Below are positions 50,493 to 59,829 of a stretch of DNA of 64,000 nt, piece by piece. The notes under the pieces are model-generated. The model did not search any database. It was not told the DNA's origin and saw nothing but the letters and a program-made list of their open reading frames with translations. The first letter of the stretch is position 1, and each line of letters opens with the position of its first letter. Made by a program: the position numbers and the translations under genes. The stretch is from a virus. The stretch spans positions 89,315 to 153,314 of the IMG/VR virus record IMGVR_UViG_3300042398_001385. One strand, written 5' to 3'.

Positions 50493-51422
50493 TCAATTAA
50501 TTCTTTTTTTACCTGCTATAGAATCCCATATGTTTCTACTTTTTGTAGCTATGGCTTTTCCCGTTGGTGCTAATCTATCCTGTACTGTTTTAAGAGCGTC
50601 TTGTGTGTCTTTCTTTAATCTAGCGCCAAACACATTTCCTTTTCTTATCCCCTTATCGATCATTTGTGTCATTTTTTCCATTCCATCATCAATAGTTTTG
50701 TTAATAGGAACTTTAAGATTGTCTAATGTATTTTGACACACTTTATAAAAGTCTTCTATATTTTGTCCTATATTAATTGATTTTACACCAACCTCTTTTG
50801 CTGTACCATAAACACAAGAACTTAAAAATTCAGGTATTGTTTTAAATGATGAAGTCGATGATTTATAAGATCCTACAGTTAATACTGATACAGCCTCTGA
50901 AGCTTTTGGCGAAGATTCTGCTAATTTATAAAGATCTTTAAGAACCATTTTAAATAATCCGGATGAATCTTCCTTCATACTATTAAAGGTCTCTTCTCCT
51001 TTATCAGTGTAATATTTATTTATTCTGCTAAAAGTGTATATAACGCTTAATCCTGCTGTGATTTCTCCTTCTTTAACATAAGAAAAAATAGACGAAGCTA
51101 GAGTCATTATTCCGTCTGCAACTGCTTCAGAAACAACATATATCCCGTCAGGCGTAAAAACTAGGGTCTTATCTTTTTTTTCTGCTATTTTTAAAAGCGT
51201 AGCTCCTATCTTCTTATTACTTTCATTAATTGAATCAGCATAAGCTTTCATTCCGCTTCCTACACACAAGAAATTATATTCCCTCCCGCTTATAGTTGTA
51301 GTTTTTACATCTTTTAATGTTCTATACAGAAGTTTATTATCTATATCAAACAGTTTTGATTTACTGTCTGTAATTTCGCTTTCAAATAAAACGAAATCAT
51401 TAAAGTCTAAAATCTTATTCAT
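50493..51422 (-). CDS. Hypothetical protein with shared N-terminal motif
   Basis: MNKILDFNDFVLFE. Confidence 0.7.
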   Translation of the reverse strand: MNKILDFNDFVLFESEITDSKSKLFDIDNKLLYRTLKDVKTTTISGREYNFLCVGSGMKAYADSINESNKKIGATLLKIAEKKDKTLVFTPDGIYVVSEAVADGIMTLASSIFSYVKEGEITAGLSVIYTFSRINKYYTDKGEETFNSMKEDSSGLFKMVLKDLYKLAESSPKASEAVSVLTVGSYKSSTSSFKTIPEFLSSCVYGTAKEVGVKSINIGQNIEDFYKVCQNTLDNLKVPINKTIDDGMEKMTQMIDKGIRKGNVFGARLKKDTQDALKTVQDRLAPTGKAIATKSRNIWDSIAGKKRIN

Positions 51423-51431
51423 TGGTATTTT

Positions 51432-51722
51432 TTAAGAAACACAAAATACTATTTTGTGAAAATCAGGGAGATACATTCTTTTAAATTTACCTAGATATCC
51501 AGATATGTCCTCGGCGTTTTCTTCGTCCTCCATATCAGAAACAACATAAAAAGTTGATGAATCTACAAAATCTAATCCTTTTTTACTTACGAAAAATAAA
51601 TCGTCTGACTCATCTTCAGATTCTTCTTCATCTTCGCTGCAATTCTCATCCTCTAGATATTCTGATATCTGTGGTTCCTCGTATTTAAACTCGTCGTATC
51701 CTGAATATATTTTTATACTCAT
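51432..51722 (-). CDS. Acidic hypothetical protein
   Basis: ORF coupled to the upstream gene. Confidence 0.6.
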   Translation of the reverse strand: MSIKIYSGYDEFKYEEPQISEYLEDENCSEDEEESEDESDDLFFVSKKGLDFVDSSTFYVVSDMEDEENAEDISGYLGKFKRMYLPDFHKIVFCVS

Positions 51723-52141
51723 TATCCCTCAATTAAAACCTTCTTTAGTTCATAAGCACCTTCAGATCCAGGTACCTCGTCATAATAACCAACTATAGAA
51801 TATTCTCTTCCATCAGAGCTTGAATCTGGTATCATTTCTATGGAGCTAACCATATTTCCTCCAACATATTCAGGATCTACTGAATGACCTATAGCCATTG
51901 TTGTTTCCTCTCCGTTAGCGTTAGTAAAGTTTACTATATAATCTCCCTCCTCATCATCTTGAGTTGGTACAAATTTAGTAGTTTCAGTTTCGAAGTTAGC
52001 AGGATCCATGTCCATTTGCTCTCCGCCCATATCCATGTCCATTTGCTCTCCGCCCATATCCATGTCCATTTGCTCTCCGCCCATATCCATATTTTTAACA
52101 GGTCTACCGACGAAACTTTCGTATATTTTAAGGTGCTTCAT
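51722..52141 (-). CDS. Acidic protein with shared N-terminal motif and three MDMGGEQMD repeats
   Basis: MKHLKIYESF; 27-bp tandem repeat at about 52005-52090. Confidence 0.7.
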   Translation of the reverse strand: MKHLKIYESFVGRPVKNMDMGGEQMDMDMGGEQMDMDMGGEQMDMDPANFETETTKFVPTQDDEEGDYIVNFTNANGEETTMAIGHSVDPEYVGGNMVSSIEMIPDSSSDGREYSIVGYYDEVPGSEGAYELKKVLIEG

Positions 52142-52161
52142 TTTTTTATATTATATATCTC

Positions 52162-52308
52162 TTATCTTCCTTGTGACTTATAAGGTTTTTTATAATGCTT
52201 AGAATTCTTACTAACACTAGATTTACATTTAGAATGTATACCTGGTCTTCTTTTTCTTGCACTTTTTATGTGATTTCTAGATGATTCTGAGGATTTAGCC
52301 TTTGCCAT
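52162..52308 (-). CDS. 48-aa highly basic peptide (MAKAKSSESS...RPGIHSK...YKSQGR), absent from the ORF track
   Basis: ATG overlaps the upstream stop codon; K/R/S-rich. Confidence 0.7.
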   Translation of the reverse strand: MAKAKSSESSRNHIKSARKRRPGIHSKCKSSVSKNSKHYKKPYKSQGR

Positions 52309-52490
52309 TATTTAGATTTTATTTTGTCTTTAGTTCCTAATGTAGATTCAAATATTACTCTTTGAATAAGATCATAGAATTTCTTTTTTCTTATAGGATC
52401 GTCTGATATAGAACAGTTAGCAACAAAAATTTTGATGTCTTTTTTTGTTTTATCTGATAGTATATCTAGTATTTTAATATCTTCTTCCAT
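52308..52490 (-). CDS. Hypothetical protein
   Basis: ORF track. Confidence 0.55.
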   Translation of the reverse strand: MEEDIKILDILSDKTKKDIKIFVANCSISDDPIRKKKFYDLIQRVIFESTLGTKDKIKSK

Positions 52491-52494
52491 ATTT

Positions 52495-52752
52495 TCAATT
52501 TCTCATATTTCCTATGTAACCTTTTTGGTTAAACATATTTTGGTTAACCCTAAGAGTTTTTCCTCTTTCGGCGGATCTTAATAATAATGTATGCTCTTCA
52601 ACTTTTTCTACTATATAAGGAACTCCTAAATATGTAACTTTATCCCCCACTTTAAGATTTAGGAGAGGATAAGGATCACCATATTTTTTTATTGGCTCTT
52701 CGCCTGGTGAATCTATAACAGTATAGTTTTCGAAAGTCTTTATGTTTTTCAT
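52495..52752 (-). CDS. Small SH3-like protein with shared N-terminal motif
   Basis: MKNIKTFENY; LKVGDKV. Confidence 0.65.
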   Translation of the reverse strand: MKNIKTFENYTVIDSPGEEPIKKYGDPYPLLNLKVGDKVTYLGVPYIVEKVEEHTLLLRSAERGKTLRVNQNMFNQKGYIGNMRN

Positions 52753-52785
52753 ATTAGTATTTATCTATTTTCTACATAAAAACAC

Positions 52786-52812
52786 AAAAAAAATCCCTAT
52801 TGCTAGGGATTT
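52786..52812 (-). terminator. Intrinsic terminator after the Ro60 gene
   Basis: AAATCCCTA/TAGGGATTT stem plus U-tract. Confidence 0.8.
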
Positions 52813-52834
52813 AATAAGAAATTTAAGGAATATC

Positions 52835-54466
52835 TTATTTTTTGGACTCTATAGAATCCCAAGTATCTATAATAGCATTGGCAAATATTGGTTCTTTACC
52901 AGTCCATCCTGCTAATATTGCACCTCTATAAAGATTTTCAGGAAGTACAGAATTGTTGTAACCTGCAACTTGTATACAGAAGACATTAACCTTAGGATTA
53001 ACAGTTCTTCTATATTCTTGTACCATTGCTAGAACGTCGACGTTTACTGATCCCTTATCTCCGTGTCCATAAGGAGAAACCCCAACTGTGTCTCCGTGTC
53101 CATATAAACCTCCATGTCCTGCCTGCATATCTGAGTATATGAAAACAGTATCATAATGTGTCTTATTTTTTATAGCATCGTCCCAGAATATCCATATTCC
53201 ATTTTCTGTTCCACCTCCTTGTTCTCTACCTCTTTTAGATGTCTCTGCTAATTGAGTGAGTATACCATTTCTTTTAGAAACTCCTTTTAGTGATAATTCA
53301 TCTCCAAATACTCCTACAATACCTTCGTCGGACTGTAAAGCAGTTGTTAATGAAGAAAGGTTAGCTATTTCTGCTACTGTTACAGTTCCATATTCGCTAT
53401 TAAAAGATCTCCATGCTGATCCTGAGTTGTCAGATAGACAAGCAGTTTTACCTTTTAATTTAGGCATATTAGATACTGAAATATCTAAGCACTCCTCTAA
53501 AGTATCCAGTACAAGCTGTTTGTGGTGTATATCAGAACCTTGAATTGCTTTGAAAGCAGACCAATATCTGAATGGAAATTGTTTTCCGTTTTCAACCCCA
53601 GATTTTAGTTGAGCTAATATTCTTGCTGTGATTGTACGATCATCTACTTCTGTAAAAATACCTCTAAGGTTTCTCAACAACGCCATATGAGGAATAAGAA
53701 TGGTATCTGTTATTTCCTTCCATGTTTTTCCTTCAGATCTTAGAGTTTCCCAAGTTTTTTCGCTCTCTTTAACTTTTAAAGTACCAGTAGACATTAACTC
53801 ATTTATGTCCTCTCCTTTTGCGTGAGATATACGTACAAGATCTATTAGTCTTTTTCCTTTGTACTTATTTAATTGGTATCTGCTAAATTCTCCAAGTCTT
53901 TCTGCCCAAGTTCTTTTAACCATAGACGAAAGACCTTTTTTATCTCCATTCTTATACATGTAGTATTCGAATTGATTAGTCAAATCATCTGGTCGTAAAG
54001 AAATAGCTTTACCTATACTCTTCATGTACCCCGGATTACTTTCATTAAACTCGACTCTTGAAGGGTGTTGTGAAGCTTTTATAAAGATCACAGCTGGATT
54101 AAGTCTCATAAAGAAATTAGTTCTTAGATCTAGGGCTAAATCCAATGTTCCTTTAAAATCGTAACTTAAAGCAGATTCTATAGCATTTTCAAAAATCTCA
54201 GTAGCAGTTACATCTGATTGATACATTGATGGAAATATAGAATATTTTGACAATGTCTGTAGATTGCTAGGAGCCTTTAATCCATCTCTATAATACTGAG
54301 GCTCTCCAAATATAGACGAAGCCGCTACGATTCTTAAAGTGTCTAGAGGATTTATCTCATAGGATGTCCCTCCCATAAAATTTTCCACTGCAAAAGCACC
54401 GTAAATTGAATTTTGTGCAATTTGCATTGCCATTTTTTTGTCTGCGTAATCACTTAACTTTGACAT
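52835..54466 (-). CDS. rsr: Ro60/TROVE-domain RNA-binding protein with vWA domain
   Basis: YQLNKYK, TWETLRS, MALLRNLR, QFPFRYWSA; DNSGS MIDAS motif; YSDMQ. Confidence 0.92.
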   Translation of the reverse strand: MSKLSDYADKKMAMQIAQNSIYGAFAVENFMGGTSYEINPLDTLRIVAASSIFGEPQYYRDGLKAPSNLQTLSKYSIFPSMYQSDVTATEIFENAIESALSYDFKGTLDLALDLRTNFFMRLNPAVIFIKASQHPSRVEFNESNPGYMKSIGKAISLRPDDLTNQFEYYMYKNGDKKGLSSMVKRTWAERLGEFSRYQLNKYKGKRLIDLVRISHAKGEDINELMSTGTLKVKESEKTWETLRSEGKTWKEITDTILIPHMALLRNLRGIFTEVDDRTITARILAQLKSGVENGKQFPFRYWSAFKAIQGSDIHHKQLVLDTLEECLDISVSNMPKLKGKTACLSDNSGSAWRSFNSEYGTVTVAEIANLSSLTTALQSDEGIVGVFGDELSLKGVSKRNGILTQLAETSKRGREQGGGTENGIWIFWDDAIKNKTHYDTVFIYSDMQAGHGGLYGHGDTVGVSPYGHGDKGSVNVDVLAMVQEYRRTVNPKVNVFCIQVAGYNNSVLPENLYRGAILAGWTGKEPIFANAIIDTWDSIESKK

Positions 54467-54492
54467 ATATTTGTTTTTAAATTTTACTAAAT

Positions 54493-54527
54493 AAAAAAAG
54501 GGTTTAGTCGCTAGCGTCTAAACCCCT
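54493..54527 (-). terminator. Intrinsic terminator between the ncRNA cluster and the Ro60 gene
   Basis: GGGTTTAG/CTAAACCC stem plus U-tract. Confidence 0.8.
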
Positions 54528-54534
54528 TAGTGTC

Positions 54535-54609
54535 GTTCTGAGAAAATCGATTTCGAGGATTTTTCGAGTCTAACAATATATGAAGTATCTCAAAATCCCG
54601 CTTCAGAAC
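54535..54609 (-). ncRNA. Candidate Y-like RNA A
   Basis: Stems GTTCTGA/TCAGAAC and GATTTTGAG/CTCGAAATC; GAAGCGG, TACTTC, TTCTC motifs. Confidence 0.7.
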
Positions 54610-54614
54610 AATTT

Positions 54615-54695
54615 TAAATCCGAGAATATTAGTGAAAGGCGTTTTTTCTTTTTTCCTAAATATTGAAGTAACCATTCACACCGCTTCGGAGTTTA
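54615..54695 (-). ncRNA. Candidate Y-like RNA B
   Basis: Stems TCCGA/TCGGA and GTGAATGG/CCTTTCAC; same motifs. Confidence 0.7.
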
Positions 54696-54702
54696 TATAA
54701 TT

Positions 54703-54933
54703 TTTTTCTTGAGAAATCTCTAAAGAGTGGTCCCTCCTTATGGGAGGTAATCATTCCCTCATTTCTAGTCTGGTGAATTAAACCGAGCTACTGATTTTTC
54801 TCTTATGTCCTTTCGTAAATAAGAGCGCCTCATCTATAGCAGTACTGAGACCTGTGTAGATTAGAACCGGAGAACTAATCTTTTTCTGCGTTTATAATTT
54901 TTGAAGTAACCCTTTAAACCGCTTCAAGAAAAA
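54703..54933 (-). ncRNA. Candidate Y-like RNA C with large multi-hairpin insert
   Basis: Stems TTTTTCTTGA/TCAAGAAAAA and TTTAAAGGG/CTCTTTAGA; same motifs. Confidence 0.7.
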
Positions 54934-54939
54934 TATGTA

Positions 54940-54986
54940 TGTTAAAGAACGTTTTATTAATATATTGCAAATTTAGATAAAGTTTC
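54940..54986 (-). promoter_or_regulatory. GAAAC-N17-TATA promoter plus boxA (GTTCTTTAACA) for the ncRNA cluster
   Basis: Matches to the recurrent promoter motif and to the boxA consensus. Confidence 0.65.
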
Positions 54987-55305
54987 AATTTAAAACCTGA
55001 TGATCCTCAAGAAATTTTTTAATTTGTTCATCATTTTTTACTCCAGAGAATCTTGCTATCTCTTTATCTCCCTCTATAAGTACACAAGTTGGAATATTTC
55101 TTATGTTGAATTTCTTTGCAGATTCTTCCGCCTCACTAACATCAGCTTTTACTATTTTTATATTTTCTGATAGTTCAATTTCTAATTTTTCTAGTGACGG
55201 CTTAATTATTTTACAAGGCCCACACCAATCAGCGGAAAAAAGAACTAAAGTTTTTTCACCACTTACAATTGCTTCATTTAACTGTTCATCGTTAATAATT
55301 TTCAT
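54985..55305 (-). CDS. trxA: Thioredoxin
   Basis: WCGPC active site; IPT cis-Pro motif. Confidence 0.93.
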   Translation of the reverse strand: MKIINDEQLNEAIVSGEKTLVLFSADWCGPCKIIKPSLEKLEIELSENIKIVKADVSEAEESAKKFNIRNIPTCVLIEGDKEIARFSGVKNDEQIKKFLEDHQVLN

Positions 55306-55350
55306 GTGATTTGATTATTTGATATGGTATATAACCATCCGAACACAAAG

Positions 55351-55373
55351 AATCCCGCCTTAAGACGGGACTT
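55351..55373. terminator. Hairpin, probable terminator
   Basis: TCCCG/CGGGA stem. Confidence 0.5.
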
Positions 55374-55382
55374 TGCTTGTTC

Positions 55383-55733
55383 TTAAATTTCTGAAGAAAT
55401 AGGACCTTCTTCCTTATTTTCTTCAATTTTTTCTTCGATTGGCTCTTCTAAAATGCCATCCTCGTCGTTTTCTTTTTTATCAGATAACTCTGGTCCCTCT
55501 TTTATTTCTGATGCGGGGGATACATTTAATTTTTTTATAAAATCCGGTGAAATTAAAAGTTCTCCAGTTTCTCTTATTTCTGGCGTTCCTGCACTGTTAA
55601 TCTCTGCAGATTTTTGTTGCTCTTGTATCATTTCCAAGAGCTTCTTCATTTTCGTTTTAGATAAACCTTTAGGCTTTGCTTTATACTTTACTGGTTTACC
55701 GTTTTTCTTTCTTACTCGACTTTTAGTAGCCAT
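55383..55733 (-). CDS. Hypothetical protein, basic N-terminus and acidic C-terminus
   Basis: ORF; GAAAC-N18-TATA at 55754-55780. Confidence 0.65.
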   Translation of the reverse strand: MATKSRVRKKNGKPVKYKAKPKGLSKTKMKKLLEMIQEQQKSAEINSAGTPEIRETGELLISPDFIKKLNVSPASEIKEGPELSDKKENDEDGILEEPIEEKIEENKEEGPISSEI

Positions 55734-55788
55734 ATTTTTTGCTTATTTATTTTTATAGAACCCTATTTGTTTATAGTTTCCATTTGCT

Positions 55789-56391
55789 TTATATAATAAT
55801 ATTCATCTCGTCCCAATGCTCATTCCAATTGGATTTAGCTTCACATCTGACTATCATATCTTCCTTTTTAAAGTGTATATAATCACTTTCGAAGACATCA
55901 TTAACCAATATATTAGGTACGTTTATTTTTCGTGCTATAAAGTCCCCGTATTTCTCCATATCAGAAGGTTTTTCACCCTCAGTTCTAACAAAAACCCCAG
56001 AAATGCTTTGTTTATATCCAGATACAATATCTTCTATGTATATTCTATTTTCTGTCTTTACAAGATCTAATCTTGGATTTGGACATTCTTTTAATTCCCT
56101 ATCTTCTAAGAACCACCAAAGATTAGTTTTTTCTTCCCTTATATAGACACCTATTTTTTCTGAGATATGTCTAAGAAAAAATGCCTGGACATTTTTGGGG
56201 TTATAGAATGTTTTTATAAAATCTACGTTTTTAGAAACCCTCTTATACTTTCCTTCATATAAAAATTCAGGATCCCCTGAATCATTTAATAATATACCAT
56301 CAACATCAAAAAGGCAATAATTATTTGGTAGATTATTCCTGTGACTCTCAGAGAAAGGATTTGTTATACCGTAATTTCTTTGTTTAGACAT
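55789..56391 (-). CDS. Hypothetical protein
   Basis: ORF; GAAAC-N18-TATA at 56398-56424. Confidence 0.65.
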   Translation of the reverse strand: MSKQRNYGITNPFSESHRNNLPNNYCLFDVDGILLNDSGDPEFLYEGKYKRVSKNVDFIKTFYNPKNVQAFFLRHISEKIGVYIREEKTNLWWFLEDRELKECPNPRLDLVKTENRIYIEDIVSGYKQSISGVFVRTEGEKPSDMEKYGDFIARKINVPNILVNDVFESDYIHFKKEDMIVRCEAKSNWNEHWDEMNIII

Positions 56392-56430
56392 ATATTTTAT
56401 ATAGAAAAAACATAAGTTTGTTTCTAAATG

Positions 56431-57012
56431 CTAAAGTATCTGTTTTTTCAATAAATCAAAGAAATCAGTAGGATTTAGTCTTTCTATATCTTTTTTCATC
56501 ATTCTATAGACCATATTTCCTGCTCTTTCATTTCCTCTTAGCATATTTTCCTCTCTGTCCATCTCTCTTGTAAATCCTATCTGTCTCATAGATTCGATAG
56601 CATAATCATTAGCATCTATTTCTAATCTAGAGTAAGCTTCTAAAAATCCTTGAAGATCATTATCTAATACTGTATTATAATATCCATCCATAAATATTCC
56701 TTCCCTGTATTGATCACAATGTCTAGATTCATGTAGAGATAAAAACATTTTAATGTGCGGAGGCATTCTTAAATTTTCATTTATACACACAGTATCATCA
56801 CCTAAAAAAACACCTGCTATAGGCTCAGGTGATCCAAAACTAAAAAGGTGTATCTTAATATTTGCTCTGTTATTACTCCACCATTCAGATATAGATGGTA
56901 TCATAGCCGGATATATTCCTATTCTATTACAGAATTCATCTATAGTTATACCAGGACTGCTTATATTTTCGGATTCGAAAAGTGCACTAAAGTATTTTAA
57001 ATTCTTCATCAA
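56431..57012 (-). CDS. HExxH metallopeptidase-like protein with shared N-terminal motif
   Basis: LHESRHCDQ...EIDAN; MKNLKYFSALFE. Confidence 0.6.
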   Translation of the reverse strand: MMKNLKYFSALFESENISSPGITIDEFCNRIGIYPAMIPSISEWWSNNRANIKIHLFSFGSPEPIAGVFLGDDTVCINENLRMPPHIKMFLSLHESRHCDQYREGIFMDGYYNTVLDNDLQGFLEAYSRLEIDANDYAIESMRQIGFTREMDREENMLRGNERAGNMVYRMMKKDIERLNPTDFFDLLKKQIL

Positions 57013-57270
57013 TTAATAATTATTTGGTAATATACCTGCTTCATATTGGCTTTTTCCATTTTTAAGAAGATACTCTAATTGTATCCACTGCTTTTTAGAA
57101 AGATACATCTTATTCTTAGCCTGTTCCCATAGGCTTAGAAAAAATTTATTATATCTATATTTTTCCGGAAGCCAATCCCAGAGCTTCTGATAGTATTGTA
57201 TTTCTGAATCAGTGAAATCTTTTCTTTCTGGAAGATTAAAGTTCTCGTATAATCTAATATGTTTCATCAT
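57013..57270 (-). CDS. Hypothetical protein with shared N-terminal motif
   Basis: MKHIRLYENF. Confidence 0.65.
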   Translation of the reverse strand: MMKHIRLYENFNLPERKDFTDSEIQYYQKLWDWLPEKYRYNKFFLSLWEQAKNKMYLSKKQWIQLEYLLKNGKSQYEAGILPNNY

Positions 57271-57321
57271 ACTCTTATATATTTAATTTTATTAAGCATT
57301 TATCTGGATATATAGAAATAT

Positions 57322-58077
57322 ATGGAATACCAACTAGAAAAATTAATAGAGGGACTCAGAGATAAAAAGAAGGTTCTTTTGCTTACTACTTCTAATAGAT
57401 GGGAAGAAAGTAAAGAAATACCAAAATCAACTCTATTAGCAATGGAGGTAAAGGAAAAATTAAAAAGATATTCCAGTGTAACTTTACTAGAAATACCTAA
57501 ATTAAAAATATACCCGTGCGAGGGAAATGTATCGGGAAAAGATGGTAACAATTGCGGAATTAAAGGATCAACTTTAAAGGACAAAGAAAAAAATCCATCA
57601 GGAGATCACAGATGTTGGGCTTCTCTTAATAATGAGGATGACGAACTATGGAAAGTATCGAAAGAGCTTTTAGAATGTGATGCAGTTATATTTTTTATAA
57701 GTGTTAGATGGGGACAGGCAAATTCTTTTTATCAAAAATTAATCGAAAGATTAAACTGGATAGAAAATAGACACACCACTCTAGGAGAGGATAATATAGT
57801 AACAGGAATAGATGCTGGGTGTGTAGTAATAGGACAAAATTGGAATGCAGAGCAAGTATTAGAAACTCAGAAAAAAGTATACGAATTTTACGGTTTCAAT
57901 GCTCCGGATGATTTATCATTCTATTGGCAATATACGAGAGACTTTAATGATGAATCAAAAGAATCTTATAAAGATGCTCCTAAGCTATTTGGTAGAGAAT
58001 TTGAAATATCTATAACAAGATTAAAAGAATCATTAGATAGAGGATTTAAGAACTTAAGGAGGCTGATGGATTTCTAA
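57322..58077 (+). CDS. Flavodoxin-like / NADPH-dependent FMN reductase family protein
   Basis: TTSNR...PKST, IYPCEG, DAVIFFISVRWG...KLIERL. Confidence 0.72.
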   Translation: MEYQLEKLIEGLRDKKKVLLLTTSNRWEESKEIPKSTLLAMEVKEKLKRYSSVTLLEIPKLKIYPCEGNVSGKDGNNCGIKGSTLKDKEKNPSGDHRCWASLNNEDDELWKVSKELLECDAVIFFISVRWGQANSFYQKLIERLNWIENRHTTLGEDNIVTGIDAGCVVIGQNWNAEQVLETQKKVYEFYGFNAPDDLSFYWQYTRDFNDESKESYKDAPKLFGREFEISITRLKESLDRGFKNLRRLMDF

Positions 58078-58481
58078 TGCGGAAATTTTATTCCACCCAG
58101 AGCTTTCCATACATCAGCTACTTTCTCTTCAAATAAAATTATATTAAGCTCTGCACTTTCTTCGGTCTTAAAATCCCATTGTATCGCCTCTAGTCCTATA
58201 ATTCCTATTCCAGCATTTAATTGAACCTCAAATGAGAATTCAAAAAATTGATGATTTGGCACTATTCCATCAAGATCTAAGCAATAACAATATATTGTAT
58301 AATCTGTATCTGTAGAATCATCAGAATTAAAATCTTTAAAATAAGCATCATAACAAACTTCACCTTTTATAGGCTTACCGTCAAATTTTCTATATCCCAT
58401 CTCTACTAGTTTTTTTCTAAAACTGTCCGATACCTGGGATGTTCCTTTTTTTATATTATTTATGGAGAGAAAATTTTCCAT
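58074..58481 (-). CDS. Hypothetical protein
   Basis: ORF track. Confidence 0.55.
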   Translation of the reverse strand: MENFLSINNIKKGTSQVSDSFRKKLVEMGYRKFDGKPIKGEVCYDAYFKDFNSDDSTDTDYTIYCYCLDLDGIVPNHQFFEFSFEVQLNAGIGIIGLEAIQWDFKTEESAELNIILFEEKVADVWKALGGIKFPH

Positions 58482-59118
58482 CTTCGTATATTAATTCAAT
58501 CGGATTATTTGTTGGAGAGTATCTTCTGTTCAATAAACTACAATTTATAAAGATAGTATTATCGTCCTCGTGTGTTCCGTACCCCTCGTGTATGTGCCCG
58601 AATGCGCTAACCTTTGGGTTTATTCTTTTTATAGCTCTATATAAATCCTCACATCCAACATCCTCTCCCTCTAAAACCATAGATAAATAGTTTTCCATAT
58701 AAGCAGGAGGTCCGTGTGTTAGAAGTACATCTGTATCTTCGGGAATTTTATTCCAGTGGTGCTCTATCTCAGATCCTCTATATCGATTAAAAGCCCAATT
58801 GTGAAACCACGGGGTTATAGGAGATCCCCAAAATTTTATTCCCTCTATCTCTACTGAAGAGTCTATAAGAAATATTATACCTCTAGAATCCATTATGTTT
58901 TTTGAAACATCATAATTTCTTTCAAAAAGAAAATCATGATTTCCCGGTATCATGATTTTATATTTATGAGGGAGTGACGAAAACCAATCGGCAAATGATA
59001 TTATCTCTTCCTCTCTGCCAACAGAAGAAACATCTCCACAATGTATTATAAAATCACCATCAGGTATTTTAAACTTGTTATGTTGTCCGTGTGTGTCAGA
59101 TATAAATACTAATTTCAT
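58456..59118 (-). CDS. Calcineurin-like metallophosphoesterase
   Basis: SDTHG, HCGD, GNHD, THGPP, FGHIHE. Confidence 0.9.
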   Translation of the reverse strand: MKLVFISDTHGQHNKFKIPDGDFIIHCGDVSSVGREEEIISFADWFSSLPHKYKIMIPGNHDFLFERNYDVSKNIMDSRGIIFLIDSSVEIEGIKFWGSPITPWFHNWAFNRYRGSEIEHHWNKIPEDTDVLLTHGPPAYMENYLSMVLEGEDVGCEDLYRAIKRINPKVSAFGHIHEGYGTHEDDNTIFINCSLLNRRYSPTNNPIELIYEDGKFSLHK

Positions 59119-59402
59119 AATTGCCAAAGTAGTTAATTATTTATATATAAAAAATAGATAACTAAGACTTAATCGGTTCTTCTATTATATCAGATATCTC
59201 TAAATATGATTTTTTCTTATAAATCTCCATTAGCAATTCAAACTTCATTGCATCTTCTAATGTTTCTATTTTAATCTCATTTAGATGTGAAATGCACGAA
59301 GGCAATATTATTGAGTTTTCCATAAATTATTATTTATTGTTTTTATGTGTCAACACAATTTTAGTTTCGGAACAAAACTTAATTAGAGTGGTATGAACTT
59401 AT

Positions 59403-59714
59403 ATGATTGAAGAAATAGAAATGACAAATAAGGTTAATCCAGATCGTTTAGAAGAATGGCTAGTTAATAATCCTGAAAAAGTTTATAAAAGGTCTGTCGA
59501 AACTGCAATATATCTATCAGAAAATAAGGATTTGATAGAAGAATCATTTATGGAATTTATGTGGGAGAATGAAGTATATTCAAAAATATACATGAAGAGA
59601 AGCGATATACCTAAAGCTATGAACAAAGCTATAGAATATTTCGTTAAATATGAGCTTTATGAATATGCACAGAAGGCAAAATTAGCTAAAGAATCATTCG
59701 AAAAAAATCAATAA
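59403..59714 (+). CDS. Small protein with UVR-like C-terminal motif
   Basis: AIEYFVKYELYEYAQK. Confidence 0.6.
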   Translation: MIEEIEMTNKVNPDRLEEWLVNNPEKVYKRSVETAIYLSENKDLIEESFMEFMWENEVYSKIYMKRSDIPKAMNKAIEYFVKYELYEYAQKAKLAKESFEKNQ

Positions 59715-59829
59715 ACCAAGTTTTTTTACCTTTTTTGATAAAAAATACGTGGAATAATTTTTTTTATTAACAATAAGATGTTAATTTAGCAGTAATAAAG
59801 TTACTAAGTTTAACTAAAATAAAAAAACA

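Noticed and set aside
52005-52090. 27-bp triple repeat as a regulatory or mobile element
   Set aside because: In-frame coding repeat (MDMGGEQMD) consistent with simple slippage
54390-54440. QIAQNSIYGAF at the Ro60 N-terminus resembling the family B polymerase motif KxxxNSxYG
   Set aside because: The Lys is missing and no other polymerase motifs are present; most likely coincidence
54535-54933. Repeated GAGAA/GAAGTA/CCGCTTC motifs as a CRISPR array or DNA operator sites
   Set aside because: Variable unit length and compensatory stem changes fit structured RNA better
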